A stretch of DNA of 64,000 bases, from assembly GCA_965223705.1 (NCBI GenBank), contig OZ245015.1, positions 1,888,001-1,952,000 on the forward strand. Reading direction: 5' to 3'. Of this stretch, positions 27,306 to 36,845 are shown piece by piece. Made by a program: the position numbers and the translations under genes. Source of the DNA: Myxococcota bacterium. Lineage in GTDB: Bacteria; Myxococcota_A; UBA9160; UBA6930. Under the pieces are notes generated by a model, which saw only the letters and a program-made list of their open reading frames with translations, searched no databases and was not told the origin of the DNA. Numbering within the stretch: position 1 is the first letter of the stretch; the number at the start of each line of letters is the position of its first letter.

Positions 27306-28202
27306 ATGCGCATCATGTTGTTTTTATTGACGAACGTGGCCGTCATCGTCGTGGCCAGCATCGTGCTGAGTTTGCTCGGGGTCGAGAGCATCCTCCAAGA
27401 GAACGGAGTCGATCTCAACCTAACGAGCCTGCTCATCTTTTCGGCCGTCTTCGGCATGGCGGGTTCTTTCGTCTCGCTGTTGATGTCGAAATGGATCGCC
27501 GTCCGCAGCACGGGCGCGCAGGTCATCAAAGAGCCCCGCGGTGAGGGGGAGATCTGGCTGGTCGAGACCGTCCGCCAGCAGGCCGCCGCTGCCGGGATCG
27601 GCATGCCCGACGTCGCCATCTTTCAGTCCGACACGCCGAATGCGTTCGCCACGGGGGCCAAGAGGAATTCCGCGCTGGTCGCCGTCAGCACCGGGCTCCT
27701 TCGCGGGATGAACCGGGATGAAGTCGAGGCCGTGCTCGCCCACGAAGTGAGTCATGTCGCGAACGGCGACATGATCACCCTCACGTTGATCCAAGGGGTG
27801 GTGAACACGTTCGTGATCTTCTTCTCGCGCGTCGTCGGCCACGTCGTCGATCGCACGGTCTTCAAGACCGAGCGAGGCTACGGCCCGGGCTACTACATCA
27901 CGTCGATCGCCGCGCAAATCATCTTCGGCATTCTCGCGAGCGTTATCGTCCACTGGTTCTCGCGGCGCCGCGAGTTCCGCGCGGACGCGGGCGGCGCGCG
28001 TTTGGCCGGCGCCGACAAGATGATCGCTGCGCTCGAACGCCTCAAGCGCGGCGTCGAAGGCGAGCCGCTGCCGGAGTCCCTGTCGGCCTTCGGTATCTCG
28101 AGCGGAGGCAAGAAGAGCCTCGCGGCGATGTTCTCGACGCACCCGAGTCTCGACGACCGGATCGCGGCGCTACGCGCCGCTTCCGGTCACTCGCGCGCCT
28201 AG
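27306..28202 (+). CDS. htpX: Zinc metalloprotease HtpX
   Basis: [29 protein letters not shown] and STHP motifs. Confidence 0.95.
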   Translation: MRIMLFLLTNVAVIVVASIVLSLLGVESILQENGVDLNLTSLLIFSAVFGMAGSFVSLLMSKWIAVRSTGAQVIKEPRGEGEIWLVETVRQQAAAAGIGMPDVAIFQSDTPNAFATGAKRNSALVAVSTGLLRGMNRDEVEAVLAHEVSHVANGDMITLTLIQGVVNTFVIFFSRVVGHVVDRTVFKTERGYGPGYYITSIAAQIIFGILASVIVHWFSRRREFRADAGGARLAGADKMIAALERLKRGVEGEPLPESLSAFGISSGGKKSLAAMFSTHPSLDDRIAALRAASGHSRA

Positions 28203-28678
28203 CGGCGCACTTCTGCGATGAGGTGGAGGCGCAGATCCGGCGCGTGCAGCGGCGCTTCGATCTCGCCGGCGCGGACTTCCTCGCTACCGCGCAGCCGGAT
28301 CTTCGTGCCGCGGCGCTGGCCGTTCGCGTCGGTCACTTCGAGCCGTAGCCAACGTCGGCGCTCGAGCGACAGGGGGCGGACTTCGACGGGGCCGTGACCC
28401 TCGACCTCGATGCGCAGCGGCTGGAACAACGCCAGCCGCACTCGCTCGTCGTGGAGCGGCAGAGCCTGCCGTTCTCGCAACACACGGACGTGTAAGTCGA
28501 CGATGACCGGGCGCGGACGGATGCGCGGCGGGGATCCGAACTGAGCCCGGCCGGGGAGCGCCGAGCACACGCTGAACAGGATCGCCCAGAGCCACGTCCA
28601 AACCCATGTTCGAGTGGGGATCGGTCGCCTCTTGAAAACGCCTCGGGTAGGGTGCGGGGCGATGACTGTGAGGACCAT
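28199..28678 (-). CDS. Hypothetical, possibly secreted protein (start uncertain)
   Basis: Only ORF that fills the gap between htpX and the next gene. It has a hydrophobic segment followed by a beta-rich region. Confidence 0.35.
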   Translation of the reverse strand: MVLTVIAPHPTRGVFKRRPIPTRTWVWTWLWAILFSVCSALPGRAQFGSPPRIRPRPVIVDLHVRVLRERQALPLHDERVRLALFQPLRIEVEGHGPVEVRPLSLERRRWLRLEVTDANGQRRGTKIRLRGSEEVRAGEIEAPLHAPDLRLHLIAEVRR

Positions 28679-28681
28679 GCC

Positions 28682-30913
28682 GTGAGGATAGTCGCGTGGG
28701 CGCTGTGGGTGTGCCTTCTGTGTGCCACCCCTGCCTTCTCGGAGATTCCGGTCTCCGAGCTGCCGGCGCGTGCGCAGGCCTTGGCCGCTCGAGTCGCTTC
28801 AGGCGCGCGTCCACCGGCTCTGGCCGCAGCGGCCGAAGAGTTCGGTCAGTTGGTCGATCGGGCTCGAGCCGCGAACGCCCGGGCGCCCGCCGTCGATCGG
28901 CTGCTCTCCGCGGGCGTGGCCCTCGCGGATGCCATCGAGCGTGAGCGGGACCGCCTCGAAGATGCGACCGGCGATCGCGAAGACGCGCTCGAAGCCCTCT
29001 ACGCGTCCGACGATTGGCGACGGCTCGATTACGCCGCCGTGTTGCACCGCTACTGGACGGGCTGGGCCGAGATCCGCCGCGGTGAGGTCTCGGAAGGCGC
29101 CGCGCGCAAGAAAGCCTTCCAACGCGCGGAGCGGGCGTTCTCGCGGACGTCCCTCGAAGTCTCGCTCCCGCGCGTCGCGACGCTCTCGCTTCTCGGGGCG
29201 GCGATCGCTCGGCGTGAGCTGGGAGCGACGGCCCGGGCCCGGCAGGCCCTCGAGCGATTCGAGGCGCAAGTCACGCGTTCGGGAGATGCCGAGCTCCTGG
29301 CACCGGCGCTGCTCGAAGCGACGCGACTGGCTCTCGACGAAGGGGATCTCGAGCGAGCGGATGCCTTGTTTGCGCGGATTCCCGCCGATCGGATCGGGAC
29401 CGAACAGCGCATGGGTTTCGAGCAGCTCCGCACCGAAGCGCTGCTCGCCGCGGCGAAGAAAGGGGATCCGGGCGCTGCAGCTCGCGCCGCCACCTCGCTG
29501 CGAAAACTGCTCGCCGCCGGGGGCGACTACGCTCGCGCTGCGGTGGCCATGGCGATGACCCACCGCGAGCAACTGGCCGCTGCGGACCTTGGAACGCTCG
29601 GCGCCTGGCTCGCCGCGGAAGACGCCTACGCCGACGGACGCTACGCCGACGCCCGGGATCGCTACGCCGCGCTTCTCGGCGAAGGGAACGCACCGCCCGG
29701 TCTCGATCGCAACGTCGCCCGCTACAAGTTCGCCGCTGCGGTCAGTCAGGCGGGCGGGAACCGCGCCGCGGCCCTTGCGGCGCTCGACGCTCTCCTCGCC
29801 GGCGACCAGGGCGGGGAGCTCCGACAGCCGGCGGCCCGCATGGCCTTCGCACTCGCCGCCCTCGAGCACGACGCGAAACGCGACGCGAACAGCGAGGCGC
29901 GCCTTTCGCGCGAAGCGCGTCGCCTCCTCGCCGTCGATCCCGGGGCGCCGGCGGCCGATCAAGCCCGAGTGATTGTCGCCCGTTCGGGCAAGGGAGACTC
30001 CCTCGCACTGCTCGACGCCGTCGCACCTGAGAGCCCGACGTTCGGGAACGCGCTCGCCGAGCGCGTTCGCCTCCGCGGCGTGCGTCTTCAGCGGCGAGAG
30101 AATCGCGGTCGACGTCCGGACGCGTCCGAAGCGCGACGGCTCCTCGCGGATCTCGACACGTTGGTGGCGCGCGAACGCGCGCCCGACCCGACGAGGGATC
30201 GCCAGCTGCGTCTCCTCGCCGCCAAGGCGAGCCAATGGTCCGGGGCGCCGGTCGACCGCGTGCTCGCGCGCGTCGCGGCAGCGGAGGTGCCAGGGCAGAG
30301 CGCTTCGCAGAGCCGCGCCCTGCTGCGGGTGAGGCTCGCAGCACTCGCGGGAGCGCGTCGCTTCGACGCCGCCCTCGCCGAGTTTGCACGCGCCACGGAC
30401 CGGGACGTGCGCCGCGACTACGCCGTCTGGAGCGAGGCCGCCAGGCGCCTGGCCGCAGCCGGGCTCCCCGCGCGCCGGCGCGAGCCCCTGTGGGCGAGGC
30501 TCGCGCGCAATGCACCGGACGCGTCCGAGGCGTCCGCGCGGCTCGAGTGGGCGAAGACCCTCCACGCGACGGGAGACTCAGCCGGCGCGGTCCGCGAAGC
30601 CGACCTCCTCCTGGCCGCCGATCCGACCTGGGGCGATCCGGCCCTCCTGAGGGCGCGGGCACTCACCGGATTGCCCGACCACGCCGCGAGCGTCGAAGCC
30701 TGGGGGGCGGTGGTGAGCGGCGTCGAGCCAGGCGAGCCTCTCTGGGCGGAAGCGCTGCTCGAGATGGCGGCCGCCGCACGGCGCGCTGACGACGAAAAGG
30801 CGGCATGCCTCCCGGTCGCAGCTCTCCGGGCGCCGGAGTGGGCCGACGCCCCTTGGATGAAAAAGGTCGAGGAAAGGCTCGCCGAACTCGAGGTCGGTTG
30901 CCCCGGAAGCTGA
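28682..30913 (+). CDS. Large secreted alpha-helical/TPR-like protein
   Basis: Signal peptide after GTG 28682 and Ala/Arg-rich helical repeats such as AEDAYADGRYADARDRY. Confidence 0.6.
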   Translation: MRIVAWALWVCLLCATPAFSEIPVSELPARAQALAARVASGARPPALAAAAEEFGQLVDRARAANARAPAVDRLLSAGVALADAIERERDRLEDATGDREDALEALYASDDWRRLDYAAVLHRYWTGWAEIRRGEVSEGAARKKAFQRAERAFSRTSLEVSLPRVATLSLLGAAIARRELGATARARQALERFEAQVTRSGDAELLAPALLEATRLALDEGDLERADALFARIPADRIGTEQRMGFEQLRTEALLAAAKKGDPGAAARAATSLRKLLAAGGDYARAAVAMAMTHREQLAAADLGTLGAWLAAEDAYADGRYADARDRYAALLGEGNAPPGLDRNVARYKFAAAVSQAGGNRAAALAALDALLAGDQGGELRQPAARMAFALAALEHDAKRDANSEARLSREARRLLAVDPGAPAADQARVIVARSGKGDSLALLDAVAPESPTFGNALAERVRLRGVRLQRRENRGRRPDASEARRLLADLDTLVARERAPDPTRDRQLRLLAAKASQWSGAPVDRVLARVAAAEVPGQSASQSRALLRVRLAALAGARRFDAALAEFARATDRDVRRDYAVWSEAARRLAAAGLPARRREPLWARLARNAPDASEASARLEWAKTLHATGDSAGAVREADLLLAADPTWGDPALLRARALTGLPDHAASVEAWGAVVSGVEPGEPLWAEALLEMAAAARRADDEKAACLPVAALRAPEWADAPWMKKVEERLAELEVGCPGS

Positions 30914-30925
30914 GCGTCTGCCAGA

Positions 30926-31222
30926 ATGCGCCCCGTGCCGAAGCAGGACGACTCGGAGCCGAAGGAAAGCACCCGCGCAACCGCCTACTGGCGCGCCAAT
31001 CTCCGCATCATGGGGTGTCTGCTCTTGGTGTGGGCACTCGTGTCCTACGGGCTGGGCATCGTTTTCTCCGAAGCGCTCGACGCCTACCGACTCGGCGGCT
31101 TTCCCCTGGGCTTCTGGTTCGGGCAGCAGGGCGCGATCTACGTCTTCGTCGTCCTGATTTTCGTCTACGCGATTTGGATGGACCGGCTCGATCGTCGCTA
31201 CGAAGGGGATGACGCGCGGTGA
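30926..31222 (+). CDS. DUF4212-type small subunit of a solute:sodium symporter
   Basis: YWRANL, GGFPLGFWFGQQG and MDRLDRRY motifs. Overlaps the symporter start. Confidence 0.88.
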   Translation: MRPVPKQDDSEPKESTRATAYWRANLRIMGCLLLVWALVSYGLGIVFSEALDAYRLGGFPLGFWFGQQGAIYVFVVLIFVYAIWMDRLDRRYEGDDAR

Positions 31223-32916
31223 GCGTCCAGGCGTGGACCTACCTCCTGGTCGGCGTGACCTTCGCGATCTACGTCGGGATCGCGGTCTGGAGCCGCGTGG
31301 GCTCGACCAGTGGGTTCTATGTCGCGGGCCGGGGTGTGCCCGCCCTCGCAAACGGAATGGCGACCGGGGCGGACTGGATGAGCGCGGCGTCGTTTATCTC
31401 CCTGGCCGGCCTCGTCTCGTTCATGGGCTGGACCGGCGCGATGTATCTCATGGGGTGGACCGGCGGGTACGTGCTCCTCGCGCTCCTGCTCGCCCCGTAC
31501 CTCCGCAAGTACGGGAAGTTCACCACCTCGGAGTTCATCGGCGATCGTTACGATTCCCAGACGGCGCGCGTCGTCGCTGCGCTCTGCACCCTTTTTGTCT
31601 CCTTCACCTACGTCGCGGGCCAGATGCGCGGGGTCGGGGTCGTGTTCTCGCGCTTCCTCGAAGTGCCGGTCGACGTCGGCGTCGTCATCGGGATGGGGCT
31701 GGTGTTCCTCTACGCGACTCTCGGCGGGATGCGTGGGATCACATACACCCAAGTCGCGCAGTACGGCGTGCTCATCGTCGCGTATCTCATCCCGGCGGCC
31801 GCCATCTCGTGGCAAATGACGGGGCACGTCGTTCCACAAATAGGTTTCGGGGCTGAGATCCAAGTCGGCGAAAATGCTGGGATGTTTCTTCTCGAGACAC
31901 TCGATGCGCTGCATCGCGAACTCGGCCTTCCCGAATACACCGCAGCGTTCGTGCCGGGTAAGCGCACGATGGCCGACGTGCTGGCGATCACCCTCGCGCT
32001 GATGGTGGGCACGGCCGGACTACCCCATGTGTTGATCCGTTTCTACACCGTGAAGACCGCTCGCGCGGCACGCTGGAGCGCCGCCTGGGCGCTGGTCTTC
32101 ATCGCGATCCTCTACACGACGGCGCCGGCGGTCGCGGCGTTTGCGCGCGTCAACATGATCCAGTCGCTTCACGGCGTCGCCTATGCCGACGCGCCGGAGT
32201 GGTTCAAGACGTGGGAAGTGACCGGCCTGATCGGTTTCGAAGATCGCGATGGCGACGGCGTCATCCGCTACAGCGAGGATGCTGACAGCGAACTCCGAAT
32301 CGATCGCGACATCATGGTGCTCGCCAACCCCGAGATCGCGCGATTGCCGGCGTGGGTCGTTGCGCTCCTCGCGGCTGGGGCGCTCGCAGCGGCTCTCTCG
32401 ACGGCGGCAGCACTCCTGCTGGTCATTGCGTCCGCCGTCTCGCACGACCTCGCGAAATCGATCTTCCTGCCGGACATGACCGAGAAGAATGAGCTCCGTC
32501 TGGCCCGGGTATCGGCGGGCGCGGCCGTGCTCGTCGCCGGCGTCCTCGGCATCTATCCGCCGGCCTACGTCGCCGAGGTCGTCGCATTCGCCTTCGGGCT
32601 CGCCGCGGCGAGCTTTTTCCCGGTCTTGGTGCTCGGAATCTTCGCGAAACGAACGACGAAGGAAGGGGCCATCGCCGGCATGTTGTCGGGGCTCCTGCTG
32701 ACGACCGGTTACATCGTCTACTTCCGCTTCATCGAGCGCGATGCGGGCGCCGAAGCCTGGTGGTTCGGGATCAGCCCCCAGGGCATCGGTTCGATCGGGA
32801 TGCTGGTGAACTTCGCGGTGGCCATGCTGGTGAGCCGGGTGACCCCGCCGCCCCCCGAGCACGTTCAAGAGCTGGTCGAGCGAGTTCGTCTGCCCGGCGA
32901 GCGGGGAACTCAGTAG
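31219..32916 (+). CDS. Sodium:solute symporter (ActP-like)
   Basis: NGMATGADWMSAASF, GTAGLPHVLIRFYTV and AFGLAAASFFP motifs. Confidence 0.93.
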   Translation: MSVQAWTYLLVGVTFAIYVGIAVWSRVGSTSGFYVAGRGVPALANGMATGADWMSAASFISLAGLVSFMGWTGAMYLMGWTGGYVLLALLLAPYLRKYGKFTTSEFIGDRYDSQTARVVAALCTLFVSFTYVAGQMRGVGVVFSRFLEVPVDVGVVIGMGLVFLYATLGGMRGITYTQVAQYGVLIVAYLIPAAAISWQMTGHVVPQIGFGAEIQVGENAGMFLLETLDALHRELGLPEYTAAFVPGKRTMADVLAITLALMVGTAGLPHVLIRFYTVKTARAARWSAAWALVFIAILYTTAPAVAAFARVNMIQSLHGVAYADAPEWFKTWEVTGLIGFEDRDGDGVIRYSEDADSELRIDRDIMVLANPEIARLPAWVVALLAAGALAAALSTAAALLLVIASAVSHDLAKSIFLPDMTEKNELRLARVSAGAAVLVAGVLGIYPPAYVAEVVAFAFGLAAASFFPVLVLGIFAKRTTKEGAIAGMLSGLLLTTGYIVYFRFIERDAGAEAWWFGISPQGIGSIGMLVNFAVAMLVSRVTPPPPEHVQELVERVRLPGERGTQ

Positions 32917-32925
32917 CGCTCGCCG

Positions 32926-32950
32926 TGGGTTCAGGAAAAGCCCGTTTTTT
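32926..32950 (+). terminator. Possible weak intrinsic terminator
   Basis: Short G:U-containing stem (TGGGTT/AGCCCG) followed by T6, just after the symporter stop. Confidence 0.3.
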
Positions 32951-32973
32951 CCGTTGGTTATACTGAGTTTCGG

Positions 32974-33471
32974 ATGCGATTGATCCTTTTTCGACACGGG
33001 CCGGCGGAACCTCGCGAGAACTATCGCGGGGGCGCGGACGCGGGCCGCCCGCTCACCGCAGAAGGTCGGTCGAAGACGCGCCAGGCGGCCCGCGGCCTCG
33101 GGCGGCAACTCGATCGCGTCACCGACATCCTGACGAGCCCGTACGTGCGGGCGCGCGAAACGGCCGACATCCTCGCGACTGTGTTCGAGGTCGCCGTCGT
33201 CGAATTCGAGGGACTCGCGCCCGGCGACGAGGCCGCGCGACTCGAAACCTGGCTGGCGGAGCGCCCGCCGGACACGGTTGCGATCGCGGTCGGACACGAG
33301 CCCGGTCTCGGCGACGCCGCGAGCTTTTTCTTGGCGGGTCGCACCACGGGCTTCGCTCCGCTGAAGAAAGCCGGGGCGATCGCGCTCGGGTTTGATGAAA
33401 AGCCGGCTTCTGGGAACGCTTGGCTCGAGTTCGCGATGACCGGGAAGCAGCTCCGACGGGCGGCGTCATGA
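32974..33471 (+). CDS. sixA: SixA-like histidine phosphatase
   Basis: RHG.AE, RPLT.EG, TSPYVRARETA and VGHEP motifs. Confidence 0.88.
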   Translation: MRLILFRHGPAEPRENYRGGADAGRPLTAEGRSKTRQAARGLGRQLDRVTDILTSPYVRARETADILATVFEVAVVEFEGLAPGDEAARLETWLAERPPDTVAIAVGHEPGLGDAASFFLAGRTTGFAPLKKAGAIALGFDEKPASGNAWLEFAMTGKQLRRAAS

Positions 33472-34952
33472 CCCAGCCCGTCGCGCTGTCGGCGTTGCCG
33501 GACGACTTGCTCGAACGCGCCGCGGAGGAGGGCGCCCGTCGTGTGGCCCTGGTTCTTCTCGAACGCGCGGAAGGCCGACTCGCAGCCCTCGAAGCCGGCG
33601 ATGATCCCGAAGCCCTTCACGACTTCCGCGTGGCGATCCGCCGGTTGCGCAGCTGGCTGCGCTCCTTCCCCGACGAGCTCGGTCGCGAGCGCATGCACAA
33701 GGCGGAGATCGCCCTCGGCGTGCTGACGCAAAACACGGGCGGTGCGCGCGACGCCGAAGTCCAACTCGAGTGGCTGGCGGAGCGTCGGGGGGCCATCGCG
33801 CGCTCCCAACGCGCTGGCTTCCGACATCTCGAGGAGCGTCTCACCGAGCGAACGGAGCGCGCGTACGCCGAACTCGATCGCGGCGTCGCGGAGGGGTTTC
33901 GTTCTCTCGCGAAAGAACTGCGCGGACACCTTCGCGAGTACCGCGCGAGGATTCAGCCGGCGGGAAGTCCGGGGGGCTTCGCCGCGACCTTGGTCACGCG
34001 GCTCGAAGAACAGTGCGATGTCCTGGCGAGCGATCTGGAAGCGATCGATGGGCCTTCGGATCTCGCCCAAGCGCATCGCGCTCGGATCGAGGTGAAGCGC
34101 CTCCGCTACCTCCTCGAGCCCATCGCGGCTCACGTCAAAGGAGCCAAGCCGGCGATCAAACGCCTCAAGGCGCTTCAAGAAGTGCTCGGAGAGATGAACG
34201 ATCTCCGCGTCTTCGAGCAGACCTTGGCCCGCGAGTCGGAGCGCGAAGCGCTGCTCCGCGTCCAGGAATCGCTCGACCTTGCCCGAGCGGGCGACACCGC
34301 CGCCGTCGACAAACTCGGACGCGCCGGCCGCGAGCGCGAGCGCGGGATGCTCGCCGTCGCGACCCTCGTCGGGAAACGCATGCGGAAGCTCTTTGCCGAG
34401 CTTGCAAACGACTGGCTGCCGAACCGCGCAACACACGCGACGGCGCCCGTCGCTCGGGTTTGCCAGGCGCTCGGGTCAGCGGCCGGAGCTTCCCTCGAAG
34501 TGGAGCGGAAGTACTTGTTGCGCGGACTGCCCACCGAGGCCCGCCAAGTCGAGCCGACGGAGATTGAGCAGGGCTGGTTGCCCGGGGAGCAAGTGCGCGA
34601 GCGGCTGCGCCGCGCGGCGGGCCCGGTCGATGAGCGCTTCACACGCACCGTCAAGCTCGGGAGCGGTCTCCGCCGGGCCGAGTTCGAAGAAGAAATCCAC
34701 GCCGAACTCTTTTCGCAGTTGTGGCCTCTCACTGCGGGATGTCGCGTGCGGAAACGCAGGTATCGGATCGAAGTCGACGGACACACGTGGGAGATCGACG
34801 AGTTCCTCGATCGCGAGCTGTTTCTCGCCGAAGTCGAGTTCCCCGCCGACGACGCCGAGGCGCGCGCTCCGATCCCGGCGTGGCTCGAGCACTTCATCGT
34901 GCGCGAGGTCACCGAGGACTCGCGCTACACGAACTTGCAGCTGGCCCGCTAG
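33468..34952 (+). CDS. CHAD + CYTH domain protein (polyphosphate-related)
   Basis: CHAD motifs LHDFRVAIRRLRS, RDAEV, HRARIEVKRLRY and LQEVLGEMND. CYTH motifs EVERKYL, KRRY and AEVEF. Confidence 0.9.
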   Translation: MTQPVALSALPDDLLERAAEEGARRVALVLLERAEGRLAALEAGDDPEALHDFRVAIRRLRSWLRSFPDELGRERMHKAEIALGVLTQNTGGARDAEVQLEWLAERRGAIARSQRAGFRHLEERLTERTERAYAELDRGVAEGFRSLAKELRGHLREYRARIQPAGSPGGFAATLVTRLEEQCDVLASDLEAIDGPSDLAQAHRARIEVKRLRYLLEPIAAHVKGAKPAIKRLKALQEVLGEMNDLRVFEQTLARESEREALLRVQESLDLARAGDTAAVDKLGRAGRERERGMLAVATLVGKRMRKLFAELANDWLPNRATHATAPVARVCQALGSAAGASLEVERKYLLRGLPTEARQVEPTEIEQGWLPGEQVRERLRRAAGPVDERFTRTVKLGSGLRRAEFEEEIHAELFSQLWPLTAGCRVRKRRYRIEVDGHTWEIDEFLDRELFLAEVEFPADDAEARAPIPAWLEHFIVREVTEDSRYTNLQLAR

Positions 34953-35037
34953 GGTCGAGCCTAAGGGGTGCGGGCGGGGAGGCCGATGTAGCTTGGACGT
35001 TCGCCTCGACTGCGCTAGCACTTCGGGCGATGGGGAG

Positions 35038-35310
35038 ATGCGCATGATTCGACAACGCGAAACGCAGAGAATCCGCCGCGGACGCGTAAGCACCGCTGTC
35101 ATCGCCGCGGTTTTTAGCGCCGCGTTGGTCCTTCCCGGCCAGGCGTGGGCTCACGACCACGATCCCGAGCGCTCTGGGCACCCCTTGCGCATCCTTGCCT
35201 ACGCCCTGCACCCGGTGGGGTATGTGATCGATCTGGTGGTCTTCCGGCCGTTCCACTGGTTGGGTCATCAGAACGGCGTCCGGGAAGTCTTCGGCCACGA
35301 CGACCGCTAG
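35038..35310 (+). CDS. Small exported His-rich hypothetical protein
   Basis: GGGGAG RBS, a signal peptide ending AWA, then HDHDPERSGHPLR...HPVG...RPFHW. Confidence 0.6.
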   Translation: MRMIRQRETQRIRRGRVSTAVIAAVFSAALVLPGQAWAHDHDPERSGHPLRILAYALHPVGYVIDLVVFRPFHWLGHQNGVREVFGHDDR

Positions 35311-35345
35311 GCGGTCGCCGACCGAGCCTACCTGTGATCCACACC

Positions 35346-35373
35346 TTGGCCTCTCGGCTGAGGTCGGTATATT
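35346..35373 (+). promoter_or_regulatory. Sigma70-like promoter, probably leaderless lptC transcript
   Basis: TTGGCC-16 nt-TATATT, ending 6 nt before ATG 35380. No RBS. Confidence 0.45.
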
Positions 35374-35379
35374 TTTTGC

Positions 35380-35889
35380 ATGAGGTACGGGTTCCTGTGC
35401 GCCGCGTTCGTGCTCCTATCCGCGATTGCGGTGGGGTCGCTCGGCGCGGAGTCTCCGTTTCAGCAGTTCGAGCTGACGCCCATGACGTACGTCGCCACCC
35501 AAGAGGGGCGCAACGAAGTGGTGCTGCAGGCGACCTACGCGCGCTACGAGCCCGAGGACAATCAAATCTCACTGCGCGACTTCACGGCCGTCATGTCCGA
35601 CGCAGACGGAGGCAAGACGTTCGAGCTGAGCGCCACCCAGGGCCGAATCGATCTCGACACCTCGGCATTCACCGCGGAGGGAACGGTCCGCGGGGAGACG
35701 GCCGATGGCCGCCGTTTGGAGACCGATCGCATGGAGTACCAGCAAGCGACCGGCAAGGTCTCGACGGATTCTCCGGTCCTCATTCGCGAAGGGGGAATCG
35801 CGTACCGAGGTCGCAAAGGTTTCATTTATGAAGTGAGGAAGGGGCGTTTCCGCTTACTCGGAGGAGCAAGTGTGGAGCAGCACCGGTGA
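35380..35889 (+). CDS. lptC: LPS export protein LptC
   Basis: N-terminal hydrophobic anchor, beta-jellyroll pattern (LETDRMEY...VSTDSPV) and position before lptA/lptB. Confidence 0.75.
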   Translation: MRYGFLCAAFVLLSAIAVGSLGAESPFQQFELTPMTYVATQEGRNEVVLQATYARYEPEDNQISLRDFTAVMSDADGGKTFELSATQGRIDLDTSAFTAEGTVRGETADGRRLETDRMEYQQATGKVSTDSPVLIREGGIAYRGRKGFIYEVRKGRFRLLGGASVEQHR

Positions 35890-36845
35890 CTAAACGTCCG
35901 ATCGGCAAGGTCTTCGCCGTCTTGGCGTCGATCTTGCTAACCGCATTGAGTGGATCGTCGGTTGAACCGAAAACACAACAGGCCGTGGGCGTCGTTCCGT
36001 TTCGGGTCACCGCTCCGGCCGGCGCCAAGGTTCCGCGCGTTGCGACGCAACTGGCTCAGCGACTCGGCACGCTGGGCGTCGAGCGCGCTGTCGTGTTTGA
36101 GGGCGAGATTTCGCCGGCACTGCTGGCGGGTGACGCCGGGGCAGTAGCCGCGGCGGGGAAGGCTACAGGGACGGACGTCGTGCTGTTGGGCAAGACCACG
36201 AAGTTGGGGAACCGCCTGAGTTTCGACGGTGAGCTGCGCTCCGTACGAACCGGAGCGCGGATCGGCAAGCCGTTTTTTGTGGAAAGCCCGTCGGACGAAG
36301 GTGCCGAGGTCGGTCGCATCGTCGACCTCCTCGCGAAGCGCGCGTTGGCCGAGCTCGGCGCTACGCAACAGGCGGCCGCCGAAGAGGACGAGCCGGACGG
36401 GTCTGCATCGCTCCTACCCACAGTCGGCGGGGGCGGGGGGCAGCCGGTTTCGATCAAGTCGGACGGACTCGAAGCGATCGAGAAAGACGGCAAGCGCCAT
36501 CTCCGCTTCTCGGGCAACGTGCGCGTGGTCCAGGGCGACATGACACTCCACTGCGACACCGCCGAGGCGTTTTATCCTCCCGGCGAGTCGCAGCCCGATC
36601 GCCTGGTCGCCACCGGGCAAGTCGTGATGCGCTCGGGCACCCGAGTCGCCCGTTGCGAGGAAGCGACCTTCATTCGCGATCGCGACCTGGTGGTGTGCGC
36701 CCGCAACGCCCGGGTCGACGACGGCTGCGATCGCATCACGGCGAACGAAATCCATTTCAATACGCGCAAGGAAACGTTCTCGGCGCGCGACAACGTGCAG
36801 GTGCAGATGAACCGCGACGCGCCCGGGTGCGGAGAGGCGCGATGA
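35886..36845 (+). CDS. lptA: LptA/OstA family protein with an extra N-terminal domain
   Basis: C-terminal PVSIKSD.LE, FSGNVRVVQGDMTL.CD and ATGQV motifs. Position between lptC and lptB. Confidence 0.75.
   Translation: MTKRPIGKVFAVLASILLTALSGSSVEPKTQQAVGVVPFRVTAPAGAKVPRVATQLAQRLGTLGVERAVVFEGEISPALLAGDAGAVAAAGKATGTDVVLLGKTTKLGNRLSFDGELRSVRTGARIGKPFFVESPSDEGAEVGRIVDLLAKRALAELGATQQAAAEEDEPDGSASLLPTVGGGGGQPVSIKSDGLEAIEKDGKRHLRFSGNVRVVQGDMTLHCDTAEAFYPPGESQPDRLVATGQVVMRSGTRVARCEEATFIRDRDLVVCARNARVDDGCDRITANEIHFNTRKETFSARDNVQVQMNRDAPGCGEAR

Noticed and set aside
32239..32280. EF-hand-like DRDGDGVIRYSE loop in the symporter
   Set aside because: As far as I recall this is a usual feature of this symporter subfamily, so it is not novel.
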